64,000 nt of DNA from positions 17,153-81,152 of the forward strand of contig JAHLWZ010000267.1 of assembly GCA_020536535.1 (NCBI GenBank), given 5' to 3'. This stretch comes from Pelomyxa schiedti (Eukaryota; Protista; Evosea). Shown here piece after piece: positions 38,838 through 50,384 of this stretch; position 1 is the first letter of the stretch, and the number at the start of each line of letters is the position of its first letter. The notes below the pieces were generated by a model. The model had not been told where the DNA came from. It did no database searches and saw only the letters and a program-made list of their open reading frames with translations. The position numbers and the translations under genes were made by a program.

Positions 38838-40972
38838 TTAGTACTGTGGTAGTCCAGACACTTCTAGAGAAGAGGGCCAAGTGACTGTGTAATGAATGAC
38901 CGAGACTACTTCCACACCAGGGGCTACATTTACATACCTGAACTTGAGGTTGTTGTTCTCGACTCTGCTCACCCATCCACCTTCACAGGCGACGGTGCTT
39001 TGGTTTGTAATGAACACGGGTTGCTTGAGGGAAACAACAATTTCCCCTGTTTCCGATGCTGGGAGCTCATCAACAACGTCAATAGATATCTGGAAGAAGT
39101 TCAGCGTTGTGAAAAGGGCGATGTTCATTATACCGGTCCTGACTTGGCGTTCTTCACAAAAGTCTTGAAAATGTAGTCATTGGTAATAGACTTCTTTGCC
39201 AAAGAGGCCTTTGCGCTTTTCTTTGGTGGGTTCCGGCTGTATGTGACTCGGACTCCCGGGTCAGTGCCCAAAAGGGCAATGAATTCTTCCATTGGTGCTA
39301 TGGCTTTGAGATTGGTTGTACTGATGAAATTCGTATCAAAGTAAATATTGCAGGATCCAGGGAGGAGAGTGAAGCCAGTTTCGTTTACTGCGACTGCTTG
39401 CAGGAAGGCGTGAGGTGATTTCTTAGGAACAACATGGTACAGTAGTTTACAGGGAAGAAGGGCACTGGTAACCAGTACCTAATAAATGATGTTACAAAAA
39501 AAAGGATGATGCTCCAAGCCTACCTTGAAGGGGGACATATCTTTAGTGGAAGGAACACTGATGGCGTGTTCAATTCTGTACCCTTCACTTATAATATTGA
39601 TTTCTGGTGGGGGAGTTGTTTGGACGGGGAGAGAAGTCGGTGCACTTGTCTTTGAAACCAAGCTGAGGGGAATTTGGGTCAGTTTTGGTATCTTCCCACT
39701 TAGTTGAGCGTCGCAGGTTGATGTAGACAAATGGACTTCAATATCTTTCCAATCTTCCCCTGGAGATGGTAGTTAAACTGGAGTTGTCGTGTTGGTGACT
39801 CTTATCTTAAAACTCACCAGTAGACTGAAACAGATTTGCATAATACAAGAGTTCAATATAGCCGCCTTCTGACGTGTATCTCAGGTCATAAGCTGGCACC
39901 CAGTATATTTTTGTTCTAGTGGCACTAATTGCCAACAAAACCTAACACCGGTTACTGGGGTGGATGTTATATAATTTCAAACCTCTGATCCTGGATCTGC
40001 ATGCAATTTGACGTGGATACACCTGCCCTTGGCAGCCACGGCCTCATCAAAAGCCTTGCGGAGTTTGGTTATCTCCTCATTCAATTTCCCTTTAGCATCA
40101 CTCAGTGTTACTTCTGCGTGCATAGTTTGTGACAGCTGGGAACAGGCGCTCTCTAGCATTTGTGGGAGCTGGTCCAAAACAGATTGCGTTGGAGGATATT
40201 TGCCCAAAAACGTAGACGCGAATTTTGTGTTTGTATCCTCGACGTTCCTCTTGGCTTCAGCATTGACGGTTTCTCGTACTTTCATTTGCTCCAGCTCCTG
40301 CTCTTTCTCGGCCAGTTGCTTTCTCATAGCAGTGAGGCTCTTTGACCTCGCAATTGCATTCTCCGAGGTTTCCTCCACCTCCAAAACCTGCCCAAAAAAA
40401 AAAACGAAAAGTCACCAACCAAAAAAAAAGTTGCAACTTCCCAGGATCCACAAACCTCCACGACAGTAACTTGTCCAGACACGGCGGCGCCCTTCACTCT
40501 GATATCTGTGGCGTCGCAAGGCACATTGGAAACGATCAGGTCGTAAAAAAGTGGTGTAGACTTTGTGTCAGCTTGCAGGTGTCGTTTGCTGCGGTGTCTG
40601 CTTGACACAGGTAACTTCACTGCCGTCTCCTTGGTAATCTCTCCTGCTGTTTTCGAGAACTGTTTTCCAAACAAAGGTGAGTGTTATGCATCGAAGCGGC
40701 CAGTAATACACTTTTCGTGTTTGGCGTTTAAATGTTACATTCCTTACGCAGTGAGAGGGGAAAAAAAAAAAGAAAATTGCAGTTGACAGGGGAACCTCGA
40801 CATGGGTGGTGTTCATCAGCAGGTATTTGACCTTGAGAGTGTTTTGGTCCTTTACGCGAACAGCACTCGGCTGCGACGACGCAGTCGTGGCAGCTGCGTC
40901 GCTGTCGTCTACCGACTTTGCCGAAGACTTAACCGACTTCCCGGCCGTGTCCGTTTCCCCATCACCAGACAT
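38838..40972 (-). CDS. DUF4140/DUF4139 (mucoidy-inhibitor MuiA-like) protein
   Basis: N-terminal LIVSNVPCDATDIRVKG (DUF4140-like), coiled coil, IEHAISVPSTKDMSPFKV, and C-terminal ISIDVVDELPAS..EIVVSL..APGVEVVSVIHYTVTWP. Confidence 0.72.
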
Positions 40973-41607
40973 TTTTTTTTGTTTTTTCACACGAAAATCA
41001 AGCAGAAAAAAAATCCAGGGTTCTAACTGCCGATGTATTCGAGATGCAAAAAGAAAAAAAAAGGGTAGAGCTTTGAGGCGGTGAATAGAGTTACGTGAGG
41101 ATTACCCCAGCGAAACGCCTTGGAAGGGCGTTGGTCAGGGAGAGCACGGGGCGGGTTAGGAGTCCGCACCCGCGCATCTTGATAGTTGCTTGCAGTTATT
41201 CGATGTATCACATTCCCATTGGAGCACCGTTTATCCCTCGCACAGTACCCAATAACTCTACCTCCTTCTCGGCTTTTTTTGTTGCCTGTTTTTCCGCGGG
41301 GGTGAATTATGGGGGTACTTTTTTTTTATTCAACGTATCCTTGCATCCCCGTGCAAGAGTTGTGCTAATGTTTCCTTGTTTGACATCCCCTTGCGTTCCA
41401 GATATGCGACTGAATAAACGACGTCCTTCCGTGACCAGGGTCGCAACCATACCTTGACGTACCTTCGTCTCTTACCCACCAACATAAATATGGGCTCAAT
41501 CAAAAGGTTCGTTCGAAAAAAACTTAAACTTTGTGTTTTACATGAAACAACTGGCTTCAGTAACTATGCACTGCATGGTTTTTGAATAGAAGGCTCAGGT
41601 GTTACCA

Positions 41608-44600
41608 CTAGAGTGACCGAGGGTTTTTAACGGGAATCCTAGTGCCTAGAAGGGGGTGCTGAGTACGAGGATACAATTGAGCTTCTGTGGGGTGTGTATA
41701 GGCTTGTTCTGGTTGTTGTTGTGCTGGGGGCTGTGGACCGGCGTGGACCAGCTGAGTTGACGTGGAGACTTGTTGGGCTTGTTGTGTGAAAGCCTCCATT
41801 TGGTGAATGTAATGGAAGTGGGCAGGTGTGGATTCTCGGGAGTGGGAGGGGAGTGATTGACCTGGGCTTCTGAATTGTTGAACCTTCTGGGTCTGGGGGA
41901 GAGGACAGTTAGGAAGCGAGATAATGTAAGACGGTAATTGAACTTACTCCTGGCAGTGCTCAAAGTCCGCGGTGAAGAGTGGTGTGTAACAAGTGAGCTT
42001 TGGGGCCGTTAGTTTGCAGCATGAACGGGTAATGATATTGTAACCTGTGAGAGGTGTCTATACTTGGAAACTGCCGTGGCGACGGTGACTCTACGAGTGG
42101 ATTAGTGCGTGGATTGACACCCAAATTTACCTTTCTTCTTCTGTAGGCTTTCGTAACGTTGCCACATCTTTCTTGCTAGCTCGGCAGTGCGAATAGAATC
42201 AAATCCCCACTCGTCAGCAATCTCTTGCAGAGCTTGGGGTGATGCCTCGTTCAAATTATTCTTTATTATGTAAATTAAGTTAATGGGGATTAAGGATGCC
42301 AACCTCATCTGTAACTTTCGTTGTAGGTTTTTGTGGAATCACAGAGATGGAAGGTTGTTGGTGGTATGGGGTTGAGCTCTGGGATTGTGATGGTAGCCTA
42401 ACGGAATGTCGAGGCATTGTGTGTGTGGAAGGGCAGTGTCTAGACATCAGTGACATGCTTGGAAGGGAGAGCGTTGTATTTGAGTGGGATTGCGTGGAGA
42501 GAGATGGAGGGTGCCCGAGTTTATGTTTGTGAGATTCTAGACTTGAGATAGTTGATTTTCTCCATTGCGGATTTTTTGTTAAGTTTTTGTGCTTCGGCAA
42601 TATATTCTCCATACTTGTGCGACCTGTTGCTGCTTTACTTGGAGTAGGAAGGAAATGGAATGCTGCCATGCAATGGTAAGTTAAATTAAAAATCGAAGGG
42701 CATTCGTTACTGGTAGAACTTCGGAAAGTATTCTTTGGGAAAGGTAGGGATATATCAGGTGGTGGTGGGATAGCAAGGGTGTGGTACTCTGAGGTAAAAT
42801 TTAGATAAGATGGAAAGTTCATTTCATCACTCTACCCTCTTCCATTCCTGGACTAAGAGGGAAGGCATCATTCAAATCGCTGGGCATCTCACACCAAGAA
42901 AGATCCGGAACTTCCATTTCCACAAGTAAGAAGTTTAATTTCAGTTCAAAAAAGAGTATACCTTCATCCTCGGGGAAGTGTATCTTTTTTATTTGTATGT
43001 TCATTTTCTTCAACAGTGATCTTACTCTATAACCTCTCCAGCATGCTTGTATCTTGGTGGCCGCTAAGCCGATAGGTTGGAAATAGTCGGGAGTGTGGAG
43101 TTCAACCTGCATTTTGTTCGGTATTACCAGGGCTTGGAGAGATGTTTTTTACAACAGGAGAGTTAGGACATGGGACTTTCACAGAACGGCCAGTTGGTGC
43201 ACGTTTCAGATCGCGTAAAGCAACACTGATTACATTTCTATCTTCTACATCTTGTATCCCAACTTTATACTTGGGACGTTAGTGAACAGATGGGAAAGAG
43301 AAAACGTGGTACCTTAAGAAGCTCTCGGAGATCTTGAACATCATATTCAGAAACTTGTAGTGGAGTTGACCTGACACTGGAAAATAAAGGTAGATAACTT
43401 TCAAGTCCGACACCGTGCAGAAACATAGGCCATGTACTCTCTACAAAGATGTCAGGGAAACCCAAATGAAAGAAAGGGCCTTTATTTTGAAAAGAAGGCA
43501 AACCTGGAGCATCTGATGATACAAAAGGGTGTTCTTTAGATTCGAGATTTGTATTTATGTGGTTGTCTGCAGTGGCTGCTGAGGAGTGCTGAAGAGAAGG
43601 GACAGATGTGAGACACTGGTTACTCTGAGTTTCGTAACTGTAACCAGGTTAGATCAGAAATGAGATATAGTACCTTTGGAGTTCTTGGCAAGGAGATTCT
43701 TCATCTTTCTCTCTGTGCATCAGAGCTTCTTGTTGTTGAAGAAGTAACTTGAAGGGTCAGTGGTGTATATACAGCAACACTAATACTTGGTGTTTCCGTT
43801 TTATTTCCATTTCTTCCTGCTCAGAAAGTAATTGCAACTTTTCTGCTTCAGCTTTCTGGCGCTTTTCTTCCTCCTGCTTCCTGGTTTTAAATGTATTCCC
43901 ATGGTATAAATGGGTGGACTTACTTGTGTAACTCTACTTCTTCTTTTAGCTTTCTTTCTTCTTCTTCTCTCTTCAGTTGCTTTTCCCAGTCAATTCTCCT
44001 TGATGATTATAGGTGAGGGTTTTTTCAATGATCTTACTTCCGGGTGGCAGAGTCTTGAAGGATAGCCCCAATCAAGTCCTGTCTGCGTTTCTCTAGCATC
44101 ACAGCAAACCGTGACTCCTCTGCTGTCCTGTTTTCTAGAGTGGATCAGTTTCGTCTGTATTTTAATCTACCTTGAGATTGTTGTTGCATGGACCTACGCA
44201 TTTTCTCAGATACGTTTTTTTGATTCTGTTCCAGCAAAATTCTCTCCAACTGAAGTCTATGTGAAATATCAATTATTTGAAGTTGTGAGCGGGATTCTTT
44301 CTTTCTAGCCTCTTGGTTCGCTTTTTGAATGGCATCAATTGCTTTGATTTGATCTGCTGCATCTCTGGAGGTTTTTTCTTGGAGCTGCTCGGTGAAGGAA
44401 ATATAAGCAGGTGAGTCAGATTGTGGCTGCCTGAGTTCTGCTGACGGAACAGGCTTAGTTGTAAGTGTTGGGGTCATTTTGCCATTTATCCTCTCTAGAG
44501 CCTCTTGTGTGACTAGTTAATACCCAATAATAGGGATTGACTAAAGACCTTGAATTTTATTTCGTAAGTGAACTTCAAAATCTGCAACGCTCTTGGTGAA

Positions 44601-45041
44601 AGATCCTTTTGACCCTTCATCATCCCTAGGGAGTTTAGTGTTTTCTTTTTTCAAAGGAGAAAGAGTACCAACCCCGAATTGACATTCAAGCCAAATGACA
44701 ATAATGTGGAGTCCATTGTGATGAGGTGTTCTGTCCCAACAACTGAAGCAATCCTTACAATTTTTTGTTCCAAAGTATCCTCGTTTCTCTGTTAAGATAT
44801 TAATAGTCACATAATTGACCTTCTAGAAAATGGGAGGACCAACATGGAGGCTGTTGTCAAAGTTTCTCACACGATCCAACTCAGACACCATTCTGGCCTG
44901 AATTCTACCCAGCCACCCATAATTGCCCCGCGTGAACTCCGGGCCACCTTGGCCCAGTTCGTTCTCCGCTGAGGCACCCACAATGCATTCCTGGCCCAAT
45001 TGTGGGGCAGAAACAAGGCTTGCTGCAGTACGTGGGTGCAT
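41608..45041 (-). CDS. Multi-exon coiled-coil protein with SAM-like segment and IQ motif
   Basis: AAAAATG start (MHPRTAAS). Lys/Glu-rich coiled coil at 43700-44480; FLHGVGLESYLPLF (SAM-like); AATKIQACWRGYRVR (IQ motif). Confidence 0.6.
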
Positions 45042-45172
45042 TTTTCTACCCGTGTGCGTTGACGCACGGACCTAACCTCCTTTCGAGAAATCAAAACTCG
45101 AATGAAAATCGAAGGTTCGCCTTGGAAAAAAGGTTCATTGACAATGGGTTTGACGCTCGTATCTTCTGCACC

Positions 45173-46492
45173 TCACCAGAAGTCTATTGTTCGCCATGCA
45201 AATACCCGCGACGACTTATCCTCATTCATGTCAGCATAGTACAAATGGGCAGATGAACTCGACCTCTGGTCTCCCCCAGGACTATCGCTGATAATGGTAG
45301 GGTACCACGCGGCGCCCACGGCAATTGTGGGACCCACCGCCGCCTCAGGCCTCTCCCAGTCCTGCTTCTCCAAATCACTGCACGCAGTAATGTAGATTCT
45401 CCCATCCCAGCCCCCGTAAACCATGACATATTTCCCCACCGCGTCGTTCCAATGTACAGATGGATTTGCACCCTGAGGCGACCCTGAGGGCAGTGGAATT
45501 GGGTCGCCTTGGCCACCAAGTCCAGGAATGATGAATCCGCCGGGAGATTGCCATTTGAACCAGTTGCCAGGCCATGCGTTGGGATCGGAGGTTTTGGCGG
45601 CGTGGAGTCTGCATTATGGGAGTGAGTTATGAGTTGGATTATAATTACATTGGCGACATTACAAGCATGAGTAATATTAGTCGCTAGAAATGGCACTAAT
45701 GAAAAGAAAAAGGAATGCACCTGGAAGCTCCATCGGCATCCAGTTCTTGGTAAAACATGTAATAGGCTTTATTGGAAGCTTCATAGAAGGCGGAATTATC
45801 GCCCGCACCACCCCATGCAGGGGAAGAAGGTTGTGTTTGCCAGGATGTAATTATTGTACCATGATCAGTCCACGTCTTTCCTAGATCATAACTCATTGCC
45901 ATACCTATGCTTTTCCAAGCCTAAAAATGTGTGAAAATCACTACTATCTAAAGGTTTTCGGATACCATGTTATCCGGGTTAGAATAGCCGCAATACCAAT
46001 CCTCCTGGTGATAGAACCCGATCATGTACGTTGAGCCATTGCCATTGGGAACGAATACATTCATCAACCAAGATCCTCCATCATTGCTTCCACATTCAGG
46101 ATAGGTACGAGAGCCAAAAATTGCATAAGATGGATCCAGTGTTTCGAGATTCTCAAAGTAAGCTGAAACTCCCAAGGTGCGCTTTTTTTGATGAATTCAA
46201 GGTAATAAGCACTCCAACACAGAAAATAGATTAGTACATAGTTTTCATACTCTGACCAGAAGGAGTACCACTGACCATTAACTAGTACGGAACTAAGGTG
46301 ACCATCAGGAACATATTTGTACGTAGGCACACCAGCTGCTGAAAAGTGATTAATTCCATTCCTCCTGGGGAAAAAAGGGGGCACACTATTGGGGACAGTG
46401 TATCGACTGGAACCAACACTGTAAGAGAAGGATAAACTGCTTCCTCCTTCTACAAAACACCAAATTATAGCAATAACCAAATACGAGGTCAT
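45173..46492 (-). CDS. Secreted five-bladed beta-propeller, glycoside hydrolase-like (GH32/43/68 clan-like)
   Basis: Signal peptide MTSYLVIAIIWCFVEGG; MIGFYHQED; GMAMSYDLGKTWTDHGTII (Asp-box); GANPSVHWNDAVGKYVMVY; WYPTII. Confidence 0.62.
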
Positions 46493-46564
46493 ATCCTTGT
46501 TGTTGGAGCCTGACTTTTTCCGTTTTCCACTTCAGTGAAAAATTCGAACTTGGACGTTTTTCAT

Positions 46565-47805
46565 ATGGGTCAGACGTTTGGTAGCTCCGCGTCTTCGACG
46601 ACACCAACAACCACAGAAAGGACAACATACATTGTGGGATCACCGGCATGCACAACAACGTCGTCCAGGGCCGCCGACGTCGAGGATATCATATCTACTG
46701 CGGCCACGCCCTCCGACCCAGACAACAACCCATCGTCGCCGTCGTCGAGCGGGGCGCCGTCAATCGACGCGACTAGCGTCAACATCAACAACAACAAGAA
46801 GGTTATGGTGGAGCCCTATGTGATAACGATGACGATAAACTGCGTCAAGGGGTGCGAGCACAACTGCCGATACTGCTTCGCGAAGCACGAGGCACGTTGC
46901 CCACCCGACTGGTACGCAAAACGCTGTGCTATCTCTTACCTGACCCACCAAAAAAAAAATTTTTTTTTTTTTTTTTTGCTGCTTCTCCCTCTTCTTCTCC
47001 CCTTTTTCTTTCTTTGTTTATCATTGACCTGTGTTTAAACTCTATATTCATTTTGCATTGGGGGTGTGGTTGATGCTCTTCTCGTTTTTGGGTTTGCTTG
47101 GTTTAGGCCTACTATGAGAGTTGTTCAGTCGGAAGTCGATGCTCCACGCCCAAAGGTGCCATTGGGCTCCGTTATGTTTCCTTCTCTGCATGATATCACA
47201 CCAACAGTTGTGGATCCATGCCTCAAAATTATCCTCGCTCTCCTTCAGTCTCAGTCCCGAGTTGTAGTTTTCTCCAAACCACACTTGAGTGTGTGTCGTT
47301 TCCATACTCTGCAAAAAAAAGTTTAAGGCAGCACCAGGTTATACAGAAGATATGCTCTGCTGCAAGTAACTACAAGGAGCTGTTACGTTTCAAATTTACC
47401 ATAAGTGCTATGGATGACACCATCCTTTCCTATTGGGAGCCGGGAGCACCTCCCTTTGCCGAAAGACTTGAATCTCTCAAGTGCGCATACAATGCCGGTT
47501 TCAAAACAGCAGTTTCCGTAGGACCCATGCTTGACTATCTCCATGTTGTGGAACTAGTAAATACTGTTGAGCCCTTTGTTACTGATGTGATTATTATCTG
47601 CCGGCTACAACTGATTCCAGAGATGGTAAGTGAGGCCAAATCTCCCCAGGACAAAGCCATGCTCAATGCTGTTCTTGACAATCAAACTGACGAAAAGATA
47701 ATACAATTGCATGACATACTCAAGACCCGCCCAAAAGTTCGCTGGCACACCCAACTGCAAGGCTTACTTGGTGAATTTCGCCCTGGTATTCACTGGGAAG
47801 ACTAG
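46565..47805 (+). CDS. Radical SAM protein, spore-photoproduct-lyase-like (COG1533-type)
   Basis: NCVKGCEHNCRYCFA (CxxxCxxC); VMFPSLHD; VVVFSKP; FTISAMDDTILSYWEPGAPPFAERLESLKCAYNAGFKTAVSVGPM. At least two introns. Confidence 0.8.
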
Positions 47806-47940
47806 GAATGCACATAATGGATTTGAACATAACTTTTCTTATTTCCTGCTGTGCTCCATTTTCCCCACCTTCTCTTTTACATAGAGGCTCAAGCTATTCG
47901 ACTAAAGACAAAATGTTTCTTTTTGTCTTAAAATTTCTAA

Positions 47941-49964
47941 TCACAAAGAAGACTTGGTTGCTGCGTGACTGTGTTTGTAGTGCTCCATAAGAAGCAACTT
48001 GAGTTTCTTTTCATGCAACTCCTGCTCCACTCGGTTAAGTTCCTCATCAATATCAGAGGGTTTGTTGGGCTCTGGAATTGGGCCTGTGGTGGAAGCTTGA
48101 TGAATTTCAGGAGCATTTGGTTGCTGCCGGTTGTTGGTGCCATTGGGTGGTGTAATGTCATCTGTGGAGTGTGATGGTGGGGTCTCCTTTTGTTTGCATT
48201 GCGTGGTGCAACTTCGCTTTGCTGTTGGGGTGTCTTGGTCTCTGCTTTTGCTCCGTTTTCTTGTTGGAGTGCCTGTTTTCTCAGTTGCCGGTGCTATCTC
48301 TTCTTGGTCTTCTGGAGAAAATGTGTGAGGGTTATTCCTTTCGTGTCTGTGCCTAGACTTGGATCTAGATTGACTTCGGGACCTCATGTTGTCCTCAGGT
48401 GAATGTTGGCTGCTTTGGATGTTCTCTGTGCGGCCCCTTGCACTTTGAGTGGTCTTACTTCTACTGGATTCTGCTGGGCCCCTGCTCCTGCTCCTGCTCC
48501 TGCTGGAGTGAGAGCGAGGGATTGGGCTGGAACTGGAACTTCCACTGGAACTGCCCGGCTTTGGGCTTCTTGCTCTTTTCCTGTCATGCTTCTTTTTATG
48601 CTTGTGCTTTGGATCTTTATGTTTCTTGTGATGCTTGTGATGCTCACTATGCAAAGGAGAGGTAGAAGTTGCAAGGACTGGAGATATCGAGACCTGCTCA
48701 GCTTCTGGGGTGAGTTGCAGTGCAGTTCTTGCCAGTTGTTGAGGCTGATTTGGAGGTATTGGTGAAGGGTGGAATTGACCAGATTGACGCTGTTTTTGCA
48801 GGTGTTGAAGTTGCAGCTGAATTTGTGGTTGCAGGTGCTGCTCACCCAAAGTTTGATTTGGTTGTGTCAACGGGGTTGGGGACTTGGATGTTGATGTTCC
48901 TTGGATTGCCGATTGGGAAACAGGTCGGTTTGCCGGTCGGGGGTCAAGAGGCGCATACTTCACAATTTTGTCATATGTCTCCATTGTGAATGGGGATGAC
49001 GCGAACATTCGGAGTTCATGAACAAATAAGTCAGTATTGTCAAATAAAATGCCCTTTAGCTGCGAAATTGCTTTTGGATCAGAGAGTTCATGTCTGGTTT
49101 TGTTGAGATTAGTGGTGGTATAAGGCATAAGATGAAGAGAGGTAATTTATTCATTGACAATAAAGAGTGAGAGAAAAGTCAACATGCTCTTTAATGATTC
49201 CCATGACATATTCACTAAGAAGCGTCACATCTTCTTCTTGAAGAATTGCCTGCAATTCACGTTTTATCCAGGGCAGGAGCTTGGCAGTCCAAGGTGCGGG
49301 CTTAGCCTTTATTTGACTCAATGCTGTAGAGAAAGAAATAAATAAATTAAGAGTACACTGGAGTGAGGACAAACTAAAGATAGATGCAACAGTGGGAGTT
49401 TCCGGTTTTGTTGGTGTGGCTTTCAGTCTCTCAATGTAAACCTTTCTTTAGGTTGTAAGAGATGATATTTCAGACATGTGAAGGTACCTCCGGAAAGCTT
49501 GAAATTTGTCAAGAGTCATCTTAGGGGGGCGAGGTGGTTTGCTTGTGTGAGCAGTTAATGAGCGATAATGCTCCGTGAAGTCAGGAGTGCTCTTAACAAG
49601 TTCCTCTTCCAACGAGTACTCAGTGGGATCACTTTTGTCAATATCAGTAATCTGACCATTCCATGAGAGGAAAACAACGAGACTCTCAACAAACCACACT
49701 GCGCGCAGATCTCTTACATAGAGGACAAGCGTAAGCAGTTTTCCCCCATCGCATAGCACAAGAGAAGCAAAAAATATGCTCTTCAAGAAGAAAATAAGGT
49801 AAAAAAAAAGAAACCAGGAAGCATCATAACGCACGATAACAAGAATCGTAGACAGAAGGGCGCTCCACAACCAACAAGCAAATAGGACAATCTATCATCT
49901 TGTACAGAGCCTCCGTGGTTGTCGCACTTTCAGCTGCGGGTGTCCCACTCCCCGCCTCATCCAT
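47941..49964 (-). CDS. TOPORS-like RING E3 ligase with PWI-like region and Ser/Arg-rich tail
   Basis: DCPICLLVVERPSVYDSC / HIFCFSCAMRWGKTAYACPLCK; LLPWIKRELQAIL; LFDNTDLFVHELRMFASSPFTMETYD; RS-rich C-terminus. Confidence 0.75.
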
Positions 49965-50384
49965 TCCTCCAATCGGTTTTTTTTTTTTGTTGTTGTGGAG
50001 AAAAACAATTTCCGAGATGGAAATTGGAGAGAATTTTCATCGTTGTTTACAGAGCGGCAGGGCTTTTCGTGTGTCAAATAGCCTTGGCAGCCACCAAGGC
50101 CCTTGTGTAACTTCCTATTCTGATTTGGAGGAAGAATCAGTAATTCCCTGAACAATCTCGATGTTGATCGATCTTTCTCCGCCTAGCGGGAAGTAGAACG
50201 ACGAAAAACAACCGATGGCAACGCGTGGTGGGGGTGGTAGTGTGCAGTCGAGTTCGGATCTTAAATGTCTCGACGAGAGTCACGTTATTGCAGTGTCTCA
50301 TTTGAAGTGTGCTTGGGATATTGGGTGGTTTTTTTTTTCGCCGTGCGCTTACTTCTCTGGAGTAATAAAGATCCTGTTTTGCAA

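Noticed and set aside
41255-41290. U2 snRNA-like start (CTTCTCGGC-TTTT)
   Set aside because: Lacks the GTGTAGTA branch-site recognition sequence and Sm site.
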